This document shows, piece by piece, positions 9,841 to 18,314 of a DNA stretch of 64,000 nt (the stretch's first letter is position 1; the number at the start of each line of letters is the position of its first letter). Both the position numbers and the translations under genes were made by a program. Origin of the DNA: a virus. Lineage: Duplodnaviria; Caudoviricetes. The stretch is from IMG/VR virus record IMGVR_UViG_3300032281_000616, positions 1 through 64,000 of that record. One strand, given 5' to 3'. Below the pieces are notes generated by a model, which was not told where the DNA came from, searched no databases, and was given only the letters and a program-made list of their open reading frames with translations.

Positions 9841-11482
9841 TATTTAGTCTGACTGTGACATTTGTGTTAGCGTTAACGCAATTGATAGTTTGTCCCCGCG
9901 CTGCTGAACCAGTCGTGGTGGAAATACCTATAAGACTACCGTTAGCAAATTCTGAACTTTCTTGCCCCCAAGTTACAACAGCGGGTTTTAACCATATGGG
10001 AAGTTCTTGATAAGCTAATTTGACCCGTTTAAAGATCATCTTCGCAGTATCTTCTTTGTTTGCCACGATTACAGTATTTTTATAATCATGGAAACACGTA
10101 TACCATAGTGCCAAGATCGTTAACACCGTGGTATTGTGGGTTGGAATATTTGTCCTTCCACATAAAAATAGACTATCAGGTGAATCTACGGTAATGCACC
10201 TCACTGGAACCGACTCAACTTCTTTTATCTCTTTGATATAATGCCATTGATTCCTTTTATTTGATTCTGGAGTTGATATTTCATTAATTATAATTCTATC
10301 CTTTTTGAAAGGTAGTTTACAAACATATTCTCTTGGTTTAAACTCTAATACTCCACATTCTTTACACTCTATACCATATAATGTCGGTATTTTAGTTTTG
10401 AATGTTGTTTTATACCCCAAACTCTCAATCAATTCTTTAACTTGATGGCATAATTGAATATTGGTGTTGTAAAAATTACAATTTCCTGATTTATCAACAT
10501 AACCATCAGAATCTATCAAACCCATCAATAATTCCAATCTTTGATCTCTAGACCCCAATAGGTATTCTGGTGGTATATGTTTATTTCCAATCAAATTAGA
10601 CTGTCTGAGTTCTTTATGTAAAGAAGTCTTATATTTCTCATTCCGATCATTTTTTCCTAGATTAATAGAATAAATATTTCGATTTTTGTGATATTGGATA
10701 TTGATACCGTATCGATCTTTATATTTTTGCAAATTATTAACAGTTTCCTTTAGATCTCTAGTCCCTGATGTGATTCTCGACCCGTCTGTTGCCCCGTCAC
10801 CCAACCACATTCCAAGAATATACGGATCTATAATGTAATCCTTTTCACTATTTTCCAACCCTTGCACGCAAGAAGGAATTCTATAAAAAGGTTCTCCTGC
10901 TTTTGTCGTGTGATCACCCAACATCTCCTTAGTAGTTTTTACACTACCTTCTTTATTTTTTCGATTTCTGTCATTTTTCGATTGAACGAACCAATTATGA
11001 TCAGCATCCGCCACAATTTCTTCCCCATTATCAAATATAACAGAATAACATTTCCTATCATAGAGAATTTCATGAGCCTTTACGACACGACAAATTTTTC
11101 CATCTATACCATACAATTCATCCCCATCCTTTAATTCACCTATGGTTGTCCATCCATTTGGGGTATTAATTGGAGTATCCAAGGCTAATGCTTTTCCACT
11201 TTGACGACTTGACAATACGATATTGAATCGATGGTCTTTAAAAGCTTTTAATAACCTTAACTGATAGGGTAATAAAGGAATCAACACTTTACCCAAATCC
11301 GGTTCAATTATGTAAAAGTAATTCTGTGCAAAATAAACAAGATCGTTCTTACACTTCTCAATCTCCAAAGCCATCTCTGGAGTGTATTCAAACTTAGCAT
11401 CTTGGGATGGTAAATTTGGATTACCTAAATACATCTCCTTCTTGGATAATTTGGGTTCTTTAATTTTAGATAGTCTAGGCAT
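9785..11482 (-). CDS. gp17: terminase large subunit, N-terminal part, with a cis intein and split-intein IntN
   Basis: YLGNPNL, YFAQNY, LLPYQ, SRQSGK/TT Walker A interrupted by an intein, ARGQTIN followed by IntN. Confidence 0.92.
   Translation of the reverse strand: MPRLSKIKEPKLSKKEMYLGNPNLPSQDAKFEYTPEMALEIEKCKNDLVYFAQNYFYIIEPDLGKVLIPLLPYQLRLLKAFKDHRFNIVLSSRQSGKALALDTPINTPNGWTTIGELKDGDELYGIDGKICRVVKAHEILYDRKCYSVIFDNGEEIVADADHNWFVQSKNDRNRKNKEGSVKTTKEMLGDHTTKAGEPFYRIPSCVQGLENSEKDYIIDPYILGMWLGDGATDGSRITSGTRDLKETVNNLQKYKDRYGINIQYHKNRNIYSINLGKNDRNEKYKTSLHKELRQSNLIGNKHIPPEYLLGSRDQRLELLMGLIDSDGYVDKSGNCNFYNTNIQLCHQVKELIESLGYKTTFKTKIPTLYGIECKECGVLEFKPREYVCKLPFKKDRIIINEISTPESNKRNQWHYIKEIKEVESVPVRCITVDSPDSLFLCGRTNIPTHNTTVLTILALWYTCFHDYKNTVIVANKEDTAKMIFKRVKLAYQELPIWLKPAVVTWGQESSEFANGSLIGISTTTGSAARGQTINCVNANTNVTVRLNNAIYETTIEQLYRSGLCV
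9788..9880 (-). mobile_element. 31-aa IntN of the atypically split TerL intein
   Basis: CVNANTNVTVRLNNAIYETTIEQLYRSGLCV then stop; resembles the short AceL-TerL-type IntN (CV..DT.V......IE.LY). Confidence 0.8.
10133..11191 (-). mobile_element. class 3 intein with LAGLIDADG endonuclease (353 aa) in terminase Walker A
   Basis: Ala1 (ALALDTP), DADHNW, VRCITV, IPTHN/T; ILGMWLGDG and LLMGLIDSDG motifs. Confidence 0.88.
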
Positions 11483-11509
11483 ATTACATATTTAAGACTA
11501 AATAACTAT
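11483..11509. promoter_or_regulatory. back-to-back late promoters (TAAATA on both strands)
   Basis: Minus-strand TAAATA at 11489-11494 and plus-strand TAAATA at 11499-11504 within 27 bp between divergent ATGs. Confidence 0.7.
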
Positions 11510-12493
11510 ATGAAACAAAAAGACTCTGTATCTTTAGGTGATATTTATGGAAAAATGTTGAATTCTGTTCACACAATCAAGGAATCCAAGACTCCGAAAA
11601 CCTTCGATGGTGAATTCCGTAATAAGAAACAAAAAGATGGTCCCGAATCTGCTGATGGATACAATAAAGCAGAGAATAAAGCAGCTGAGGAGGATGAGGA
11701 AAACGATGATGTGTCCAAATATCTACCCAAATCTAAGATCTCGAAGAGTGCGGATAAATTGAAAGAAAAATTAAAGAATCCCAATATTTCAGCTAAAGAT
11801 AAATCGTCAATAAAAAAATCTTTAAAGAATATAGAAAGTGGATTAGAAGCCGCTGAATCAGAAGAAATTCAAGAATCTAAAAAAATTGCAACCGACAGGC
11901 TAAATAAGCATATGAGCAAATCAGCTTTTGATAAATTGTTTAATAAGGTTCTTAAAGAAAATTTCGGTCAACCTAACGAAGGAGATGATCTCGATGCCCT
12001 TGGTCTTGATGATGCAACACCAGATTCCGATATGGAAGATGACTTTGGTGGTGAAGAAGACGACTTTGGTGGTGAAGAAGATTCTGTTACCTTTACATTA
12101 GATCGCGCAATGGCACAAAGCCTAATCGATGTTCTTCAAGGTGCTCTTGGAGATGAAGAAGGTGGTGATGAATTCGGTGGTGAAGATGATGATCTTGACT
12201 TCGGTGGTGAAGATGATGATATGGATTTCGGTGGTGAAGATGATGATATGGATTTCGAAGAAGACGAAGAAACCCAAGGCACTAAGCCTGCTCCAGATAA
12301 GAAAGCAGCATTCCAAGCTAAATCTAATAAGGTTGGTGGAAAAGCTAACCCAAAGGGTGGTAATAAAGCCAAGACAGATGTAACTGATGACACTAAGACT
12401 ACTCATAGTGCTCCTCCAATCACAGCCCTTATGGGTCACAACAATCAGGTTCCTAAATCAACCCTAAAGGCTAAACAAGATTACTTCCGCTAA
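11510..12493 (+). CDS. acidic prohead core/scaffold-like protein
   Basis: Very acidic centre with FGGEDDD repeats, basic termini, late promoter. Confidence 0.45.
   Translation: MKQKDSVSLGDIYGKMLNSVHTIKESKTPKTFDGEFRNKKQKDGPESADGYNKAENKAAEEDEENDDVSKYLPKSKISKSADKLKEKLKNPNISAKDKSSIKKSLKNIESGLEAAESEEIQESKKIATDRLNKHMSKSAFDKLFNKVLKENFGQPNEGDDLDALGLDDATPDSDMEDDFGGEEDDFGGEEDSVTFTLDRAMAQSLIDVLQGALGDEEGGDEFGGEDDDLDFGGEDDDMDFGGEDDDMDFEEDEETQGTKPAPDKKAAFQAKSNKVGGKANPKGGNKAKTDVTDDTKTTHSAPPITALMGHNNQVPKSTLKAKQDYFR
12173..12253 (+). repeat. three 27-bp tandem coding repeats
   Basis: TTCGGTGGTGAAGATGATGAT(CTTGAC/ATGGAT) x3. Confidence 0.85.
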
Positions 12494-12523
12494 TCTTAAA
12501 TTATAAAAATCAACAAACAATAG

Positions 12524-12548
12524 AGCCTGCTTAATCGCAGGCTTTTTT
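12524..12548 (+). terminator. intrinsic terminator
   Basis: AGCCTGC-TTAATC-GCAGGCT followed by TTTTT. Confidence 0.75.
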
Positions 12549-12561
12549 GTTAAATATTATT

Positions 12562-12939
12562 ATGAATAATTCCGATATGAAAAAATTGGGGATGATATAT
12601 GAAGGACACTTCTACCATGATATGGATCATGACATGAAAAACCAATATTATCAGACCATAATAGAAGTGATTAAGCCATTTTCGGAACACTGTCATGAAA
12701 TAGCGGTTAAGCTTGATAATTTAACCCATGAGATTGATAATTTATTCTATACTGAGGAGTGGAAAAATTTAGAGCAAATGTTTGAAGCATATACGGAAGA
12801 TTCGAGGGTAGAGAGACGGGATTTTATAGGTTATATACTAGACGCTAAAAGTAATTTGACTTCGGCAGTACACAAACTGGAAAACTCTAATATTCAGTCG
12901 GAACTCTCAGATGTTTTAACAGGGCAGAAGATACAATAA
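12562..12939 (+). CDS. hypothetical late protein
   Basis: TAAATA + 5 nt + ATG at 12562; N-terminus MNNSDMKKLGMIYE. Confidence 0.5.
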   Translation: MNNSDMKKLGMIYEGHFYHDMDHDMKNQYYQTIIEVIKPFSEHCHEIAVKLDNLTHEIDNLFYTEEWKNLEQMFEAYTEDSRVERRDFIGYILDAKSNLTSAVHKLENSNIQSELSDVLTGQKIQ

Positions 12940-13301
12940 TGAAACTCTTTAAAGAATTCTTCAATGATTATATTCTAAATGAATATCGTCATAATCTAGC
13001 TGATGGGACTCCTACTCCTTCACTTCAAGCTCATAATGGTAAAAATCCAAATATTTTAGATAAGAAGAATCTTCATACCGTAGGTCCATATAAAAAACAA
13101 AACGAAAAGCTTAATATTGGTGGTAGTATTCTAACCTATCCAGAATTGGAACAGGCTGGGATCAAGGATGCTATGAATATGAGATTACCGACAGTATTTA
13201 GAAACGTTAAAAATTCTGGTGCTGATATCGAGGTATACAAGAATCAAAAAGGTATGATCGTGGGTAGAGTCATTAAAGCTTCTCCAGCAACAGCTAAATA
13301 A
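12939..13301 (+). CDS. hypothetical late protein
   Basis: 120 aa, coupled TAATG; N-terminus MKLFKEFFNDYILNE. Confidence 0.55.
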   Translation: MKLFKEFFNDYILNEYRHNLADGTPTPSLQAHNGKNPNILDKKNLHTVGPYKKQNEKLNIGGSILTYPELEQAGIKDAMNMRLPTVFRNVKNSGADIEVYKNQKGMIVGRVIKASPATAK

Positions 13302-13305
13302 GTGT

Positions 13306-14091
13306 ATGGGATGCCCTCCAACACCTTTATCTTGTTTAGAACCATCGAACATATTTGCTGGCGTATACAATCCTCGATGTGGAGGGTTTGCAGATCCTAG
13401 TAATTTTCAAGCTGAGAGAGCTATATTTAAAAGTGGCTTTGATGAAATGATCAATAACTATGGGGTGGAATTCAATTATTATGTAAATGGATTCAATCTA
13501 TCAGCTATGAATATGTTGTATGGGGAACATCCAACTCAGGAATATTCTGAACCTATTATAATTAAGGCTTACTTAGAATTGGAAGAGTCTATATCTTTAT
13601 CGAGATGGGGAATGGAATCAAGTGATGATCTCACAGCGTATATATCAATACGAAAATTTACTGATGTCATGACACCTCTAGCATCCTCATTTTATATTGA
13701 AAATGGTCAAAGAATAGAGCCAAAATCTGATGATTTAATGGAAGTTACAGCTTTGGGTTGTGATCGTCCGGGTAATAGAGGGTCTAAAATATTCAGAATA
13801 ACAGAGGTATTAGATCAAGACGTTAGTGGTGGGTTAAATCCAATGCTTGGGCATTATGTGTGGAAAATAACTGCAAAACGTTATGAGCACGATGGGTCCA
13901 CTAACGCACCTGAAGAAATTGGTAATGATCAAGTATACGACAACGAATTCAGTGGTAAAGTATCGTCTGTATTGTTCCCGTCCTTAACTGCTGATGATAA
14001 AGTTTATTCATCAAATGCTGATGATATTTCTAAGAATGAAATATATGATATGAATAAAAACGATAATACTTTATACGGCGAGTATTATTGA
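13306..14091 (+). CDS. gp14: neck / head-completion protein
   Basis: YGVEFNYY, LYGEHPTQEY, AYLE, ISIRKF, EPKSDDL and YVWKITAKRYE motifs. Confidence 0.72.
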   Translation: MGCPPTPLSCLEPSNIFAGVYNPRCGGFADPSNFQAERAIFKSGFDEMINNYGVEFNYYVNGFNLSAMNMLYGEHPTQEYSEPIIIKAYLELEESISLSRWGMESSDDLTAYISIRKFTDVMTPLASSFYIENGQRIEPKSDDLMEVTALGCDRPGNRGSKIFRITEVLDQDVSGGLNPMLGHYVWKITAKRYEHDGSTNAPEEIGNDQVYDNEFSGKVSSVLFPSLTADDKVYSSNADDISKNEIYDMNKNDNTLYGEYY

Positions 14092-15719
14092 ATCAACGGT
14101 GTAGCTGATACTGTGTATCCAGTCGTTTCTGTTAATCTACCCATAGATATAGCGTTTAAATCAGCTTGATGTATTAGTTCGTTAATTTCATCTATATAAG
14201 TAGATACAAATCTTCTACCCCAAGGTGACATAACCATTATACCGTGTAGATACAGTTCGTTTTGGTGCAGTAAAAATACAGGTGTTCCAGAATCACCACC
14301 CCAAACTTGATATTTAAATCCAGATATAGAATTATTATTAGTCGCACCACTAAAGACATCATTCACATGACCCATTATATCGTTTTGAGCTGGATAATCT
14401 ATTATTGGTGTAGGTGGGATAGCATTAGGGATATTTCCAAATCCTTGAGAAACTCCAACTTCTATTAAAGGTTTAGCGGATAGTGGATCACATCCATCAA
14501 TAACATTATAATTATATCTGAGTGTATTGAATATATAATTCGGATCAAGACTACCATCATCAATCACATCATCAGAATAATAACTTATATAATTTCCCAT
14601 TATATCTCCAATTTTAACGATATTCAACCCCTCATTCTCCATGTTTCTATCAAGAACAGCAACACATAGATCCACATCAATGTTCGGTTGTTGATGCAAT
14701 TGCATAGCTGTAAGACTCGTATTATCAGATCTCACGAACGTTATATTATTTCCAACACGTAAATCAATTGGCCATGTCCCCAAAGCGTGTGGGAAAGCGT
14801 GGGCGCAGTATAACACATGTCTTGGTGTTATCAAAACACCACCATACGATTCATACCCAAATGTTTTATGAACAGCACATCCAGTAAACTCCTGTTTTAT
14901 ATCATTGGCCCAAAAATTAGGGTTTCTGACATATGTTTTAGTATTATGATTTTTAACACTAAACATATTCATATACTTAGCACCTCCAGATAAACCAACA
15001 ACTCTTGATATTACATTGGAACTTAAACTATCCATTACTATAGGTATTTGTGAATTGATATACGCGGCTTGTGAAAATCTAATCGAAGAACTCATTGAAT
15101 TGACTGCTGTTTCTCGATATTGTATCAAATCGCCATTTGAAGTATTCGAGTAAGTCGATAAAGTCACCCCAGTAGATTGTCCATTTTTATACCAAATTCC
15201 CGATATAGAAGTTATCGGTAAATTGGGTGGTGTATACCATGATCTGATTGGTTTGATTAATACTCCACCGGGTGTAGGATTACCATATGGTGGTCCTACT
15301 AAATTAGTGCTCGGTGGTGTATTTGGGAGTTTTGTAGCCTTTGTTATTCTCCCATTTGAAAATTTTGTTATACTGTTTTTCTGAACAACCTCCCTCCAAC
15401 CGAACCTATAACCAGAAAGAGCATCGTTTTCAGTGACGGTGTAAGTTGTAGTATTTATATCTGCCATAAATCCTCTATATAATGTTGGTGAATATATATA
15501 CCATCCAGCAGATAATATTGTTGTCCCTGCGGACCATACGGCTGGGGTAGCCGATAACGTATACCCAGCATAAGACTCCCACACGAAAATTGTTGAATTA
15601 AAATAAAGGAAACCGCTCAATGTAGAAGCGGATAATAGTATCGGTCCACTGGTATCAATAGGTTTAGCTCTATTAAATCTATCAATCACCAAGTTATTAG
15701 ATCTAAAAAAACTTCTCAT
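14085..15719 (-). CDS. virion-type protein with a C-terminal trypsin-like serine protease domain
   Basis: YGGVLITPRHVLYCAH, DVDLCVAVL, GGDSGTPVF; ATGA-coupled start at 15719. Confidence 0.65.
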   Translation of the reverse strand: MRSFFRSNNLVIDRFNRAKPIDTSGPILLSASTLSGFLYFNSTIFVWESYAGYTLSATPAVWSAGTTILSAGWYIYSPTLYRGFMADINTTTYTVTENDALSGYRFGWREVVQKNSITKFSNGRITKATKLPNTPPSTNLVGPPYGNPTPGGVLIKPIRSWYTPPNLPITSISGIWYKNGQSTGVTLSTYSNTSNGDLIQYRETAVNSMSSSIRFSQAAYINSQIPIVMDSLSSNVISRVVGLSGGAKYMNMFSVKNHNTKTYVRNPNFWANDIKQEFTGCAVHKTFGYESYGGVLITPRHVLYCAHAFPHALGTWPIDLRVGNNITFVRSDNTSLTAMQLHQQPNIDVDLCVAVLDRNMENEGLNIVKIGDIMGNYISYYSDDVIDDGSLDPNYIFNTLRYNYNVIDGCDPLSAKPLIEVGVSQGFGNIPNAIPPTPIIDYPAQNDIMGHVNDVFSGATNNNSISGFKYQVWGGDSGTPVFLLHQNELYLHGIMVMSPWGRRFVSTYIDEINELIHQADLNAISMGRLTETTGYTVSATPLIQ

Positions 15720-16123
15720 AAAATATCCCAAGTATTATTACCCAAATGATATATTTGAGTTGATGTTTGTGAAGAGATTATATTCCCACTGAGAGTTGTA
15801 TTATAATTCAAGGATACACTTAAGTTAGAAGGTATAATCCTTAAATTTCCAACACCTGAATTCCTAATAAAGATCAAAACCTTGTCTGGGAATACGTTAG
15901 ATGGAACATATAAAATATGATCCTCTGTGTGTATTTTTTTAATGATATATCCAGTGTCGGATAATGATAATGTATATGTTGACCCATCAATTTCAACATA
16001 ATCGATGAAACTATACATATTGGAATTCTGCACGAGATAATTCTTATTATCTTGAACGATTGGAGTGAATCCACCGTAAGGAGCAGTAGATAAAGTTGGA
16101 AATTGTGAAATTTTTATATCCAT
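15716..16123 (-). CDS. small tail/baseplate protein
   Basis: MDIKISQFPTL...PIVQ N-terminal motif, shared with fibre 25934-27103; TAAATA + 5 nt. Confidence 0.45.
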   Translation of the reverse strand: MDIKISQFPTLSTAPYGGFTPIVQDNKNYLVQNSNMYSFIDYVEIDGSTYTLSLSDTGYIIKKIHTEDHILYVPSNVFPDKVLIFIRNSGVGNLRIIPSNLSVSLNYNTTLSGNIISSQTSTQIYHLGNNTWDIL

Positions 16124-16127
16124 ATTA

Positions 16128-18314
16128 TTATTTAACGATAGACAATGCTTGATATAAGGTATCAAGGATCATATGATCAAATACTCCAGATTTTTCATAC
16201 AATAAATCGTTCGAAACATATCTATCTATGTTTGTTTTGGTATTTTTGTAATCAATTACACCACCTATCGGTGTGTCATCAGTATTATCGACATAATCAA
16301 AAAACATATAATACTTACCGATATCGGCTATATTAAAATCTGTTGGTAATACTAAAGGCCAACCCCAGTTACTATTATAGCTTGATAATGGATATGTATT
16401 AGAACTTAGAGATATACTCGGCTGATATGTGTTTAGTTTGAGATATGTATTGCTAAATTTTTCGAGTGCGACTATAGGTGTGTTCTTATCTACTGTGTAT
16501 GTAAAAACATCAATTTTATCCCCAATATTTTTTCCATATTCTAGTTTTGATGTTCTTCCTTGAATATCAAAATTCTCATTAAATTTATTCAATTCACCGA
16601 CCAAAGAATGTTTGTTTAAGGATGCTAAATTGATAATTCTCTTCAATTTTTCAGGATATGTATACTTTTCTTCTCCTGTATCATTATAATACAAATAATC
16701 GGAGATCGAATTCAGATAATCCACTTCACATGTGTCTAAATTCTGTGTATTATTTATAAAATTGCTGATTTTTTCATATATTTTGACACCTATATCCTCG
16801 TGATTAAGATTTTCATTACCCAACACACCACCAATAAAATCTTCGAATAATCTAGGTTTATTCATCATCGATTCTTGAAATATTAAATCTTGTATAGTTT
16901 TTGAGGATGAAAAATCTTCATCTTTCTTATACAGATCGTAAAAATTTTTGTTATACACATTAAATTTATTAGATTGTCCAGTTAAAGTATATGTTGATAG
17001 TTGATCGCTTGAGAGTGTCGTGGTTATATTAATAGTCACATTGTATATAGGATCAGATAGATCAGTAAACTTAACAAATCCTCTAAAAAATCCATCACCA
17101 CTAGGATCATTTAATTTGTATATGTTATAATTCTCTGATGGTATTAAATAATGTAAACCACTTCCGTATATAATGGAACCACTTTCATCTAACAATTCTT
17201 GACCACCTTCATTTAACAAGACAACATCTCCAATAGCGGATAATGTTATATTTAAAGATGATAATTGAATATTATTAAAATTCTTCACAGTCGTATTATC
17301 GACATCTTTAATCTTTACCACGAATGGTATTTCCGTGTTGGAAAATTTTATAGGTGAAATATTAAATGATTGACTGATGTATTTTTCACCATCCAACCCA
17401 TTTGATGTAATTGATAGTTTGTATGCAGGATTATCTGTGATTTTAGCACTTAACGTTATTCCTAAATTATTCAAATAATTAACCTTTGATTTATTGTAAA
17501 ACTTTACGTCATTATTTGTTTTATCGAACCAAGTTTGGATTAGTATTTTATCTGATATACTATCATCTTTGAAATACGCTTCACCCTCACAAATTTTTCC
17601 TACGACTTTAGCATTTGGGTCATCTTTTGAACATCGTTCTATGGAACTATTTTTTACTCTAGCATATACATCTGATCCACTGAGAGTAATATAAGGTATC
17701 TCCTCATATTCGTAAGAAGATAACAAATAATTATAATTCTTTTTATAGAAAGTATTGTATTTCTGTAAATGATTAAATTTATCAGAACTAAGATTCCAAT
17801 AATTAATTGAATTACTACCAGATACACTATAAAATATGTTAGATACTGATTGATACGGTGGGAAGTAACCAGTGAATATGATTGGTCCTTCTATAGATCC
17901 AACCTTAAATTTCAAATCATCTATAATGTCGAAAATTATCTGATCACCATCTTCAGATATCATCGGATTGCCATCCTCTGTAATAACCCTACCATTTATA
18001 TTAATTTTATGCGTGAAAGGTATATAATCTTTTATTACAATACTCTTTTCGAATGTTGAAATTTTAGCATTCGTATCACAATCATATATGATCAAGTTCA
18101 CATTATATGTTCCGGGAAATGTGTAATGCTTACTAGCCGAATATGCTGTTGTTGTGGTCCCATCTCCAAAATCCCATACAAGTCTGCTAGTTGTTTTTTT
18201 ATCTAGATCAGGATAAAATATTAAGGGGGTTAATTCTAAAGCATAAGAAGATAAAGAATTCTCATTCTTGTAGTCTATAGAACTAAAATTTATATATGTG
18301 GTTGTATTACTCAT
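16128..18314 (-). CDS. baseplate protein with a PKD/Ig-like domain
   Basis: WDFGDG...HYTFPGTYNVNL PKD signature; directly downstream of gp6. Confidence 0.55.
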   Translation of the reverse strand: MSNTTTYINFSSIDYKNENSLSSYALELTPLIFYPDLDKKTTSRLVWDFGDGTTTTAYSASKHYTFPGTYNVNLIIYDCDTNAKISTFEKSIVIKDYIPFTHKININGRVITEDGNPMISEDGDQIIFDIIDDLKFKVGSIEGPIIFTGYFPPYQSVSNIFYSVSGSNSINYWNLSSDKFNHLQKYNTFYKKNYNYLLSSYEYEEIPYITLSGSDVYARVKNSSIERCSKDDPNAKVVGKICEGEAYFKDDSISDKILIQTWFDKTNNDVKFYNKSKVNYLNNLGITLSAKITDNPAYKLSITSNGLDGEKYISQSFNISPIKFSNTEIPFVVKIKDVDNTTVKNFNNIQLSSLNITLSAIGDVVLLNEGGQELLDESGSIIYGSGLHYLIPSENYNIYKLNDPSGDGFFRGFVKFTDLSDPIYNVTINITTTLSSDQLSTYTLTGQSNKFNVYNKNFYDLYKKDEDFSSSKTIQDLIFQESMMNKPRLFEDFIGGVLGNENLNHEDIGVKIYEKISNFINNTQNLDTCEVDYLNSISDYLYYNDTGEEKYTYPEKLKRIINLASLNKHSLVGELNKFNENFDIQGRTSKLEYGKNIGDKIDVFTYTVDKNTPIVALEKFSNTYLKLNTYQPSISLSSNTYPLSSYNSNWGWPLVLPTDFNIADIGKYYMFFDYVDNTDDTPIGGVIDYKNTKTNIDRYVSNDLLYEKSGVFDHMILDTLYQALSIVK

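Noticed and set aside
12173-12253. Possible CRISPR-like array
   Set aside because: Repeats are contiguous, in frame and lack unique spacers; no cas genes recognised
12122-12439. Repeat-containing ORFs in alternative frames (12122-12439, 12129-12383, 12136-12393)
   Set aside because: By-products of the 27-bp coding repeat
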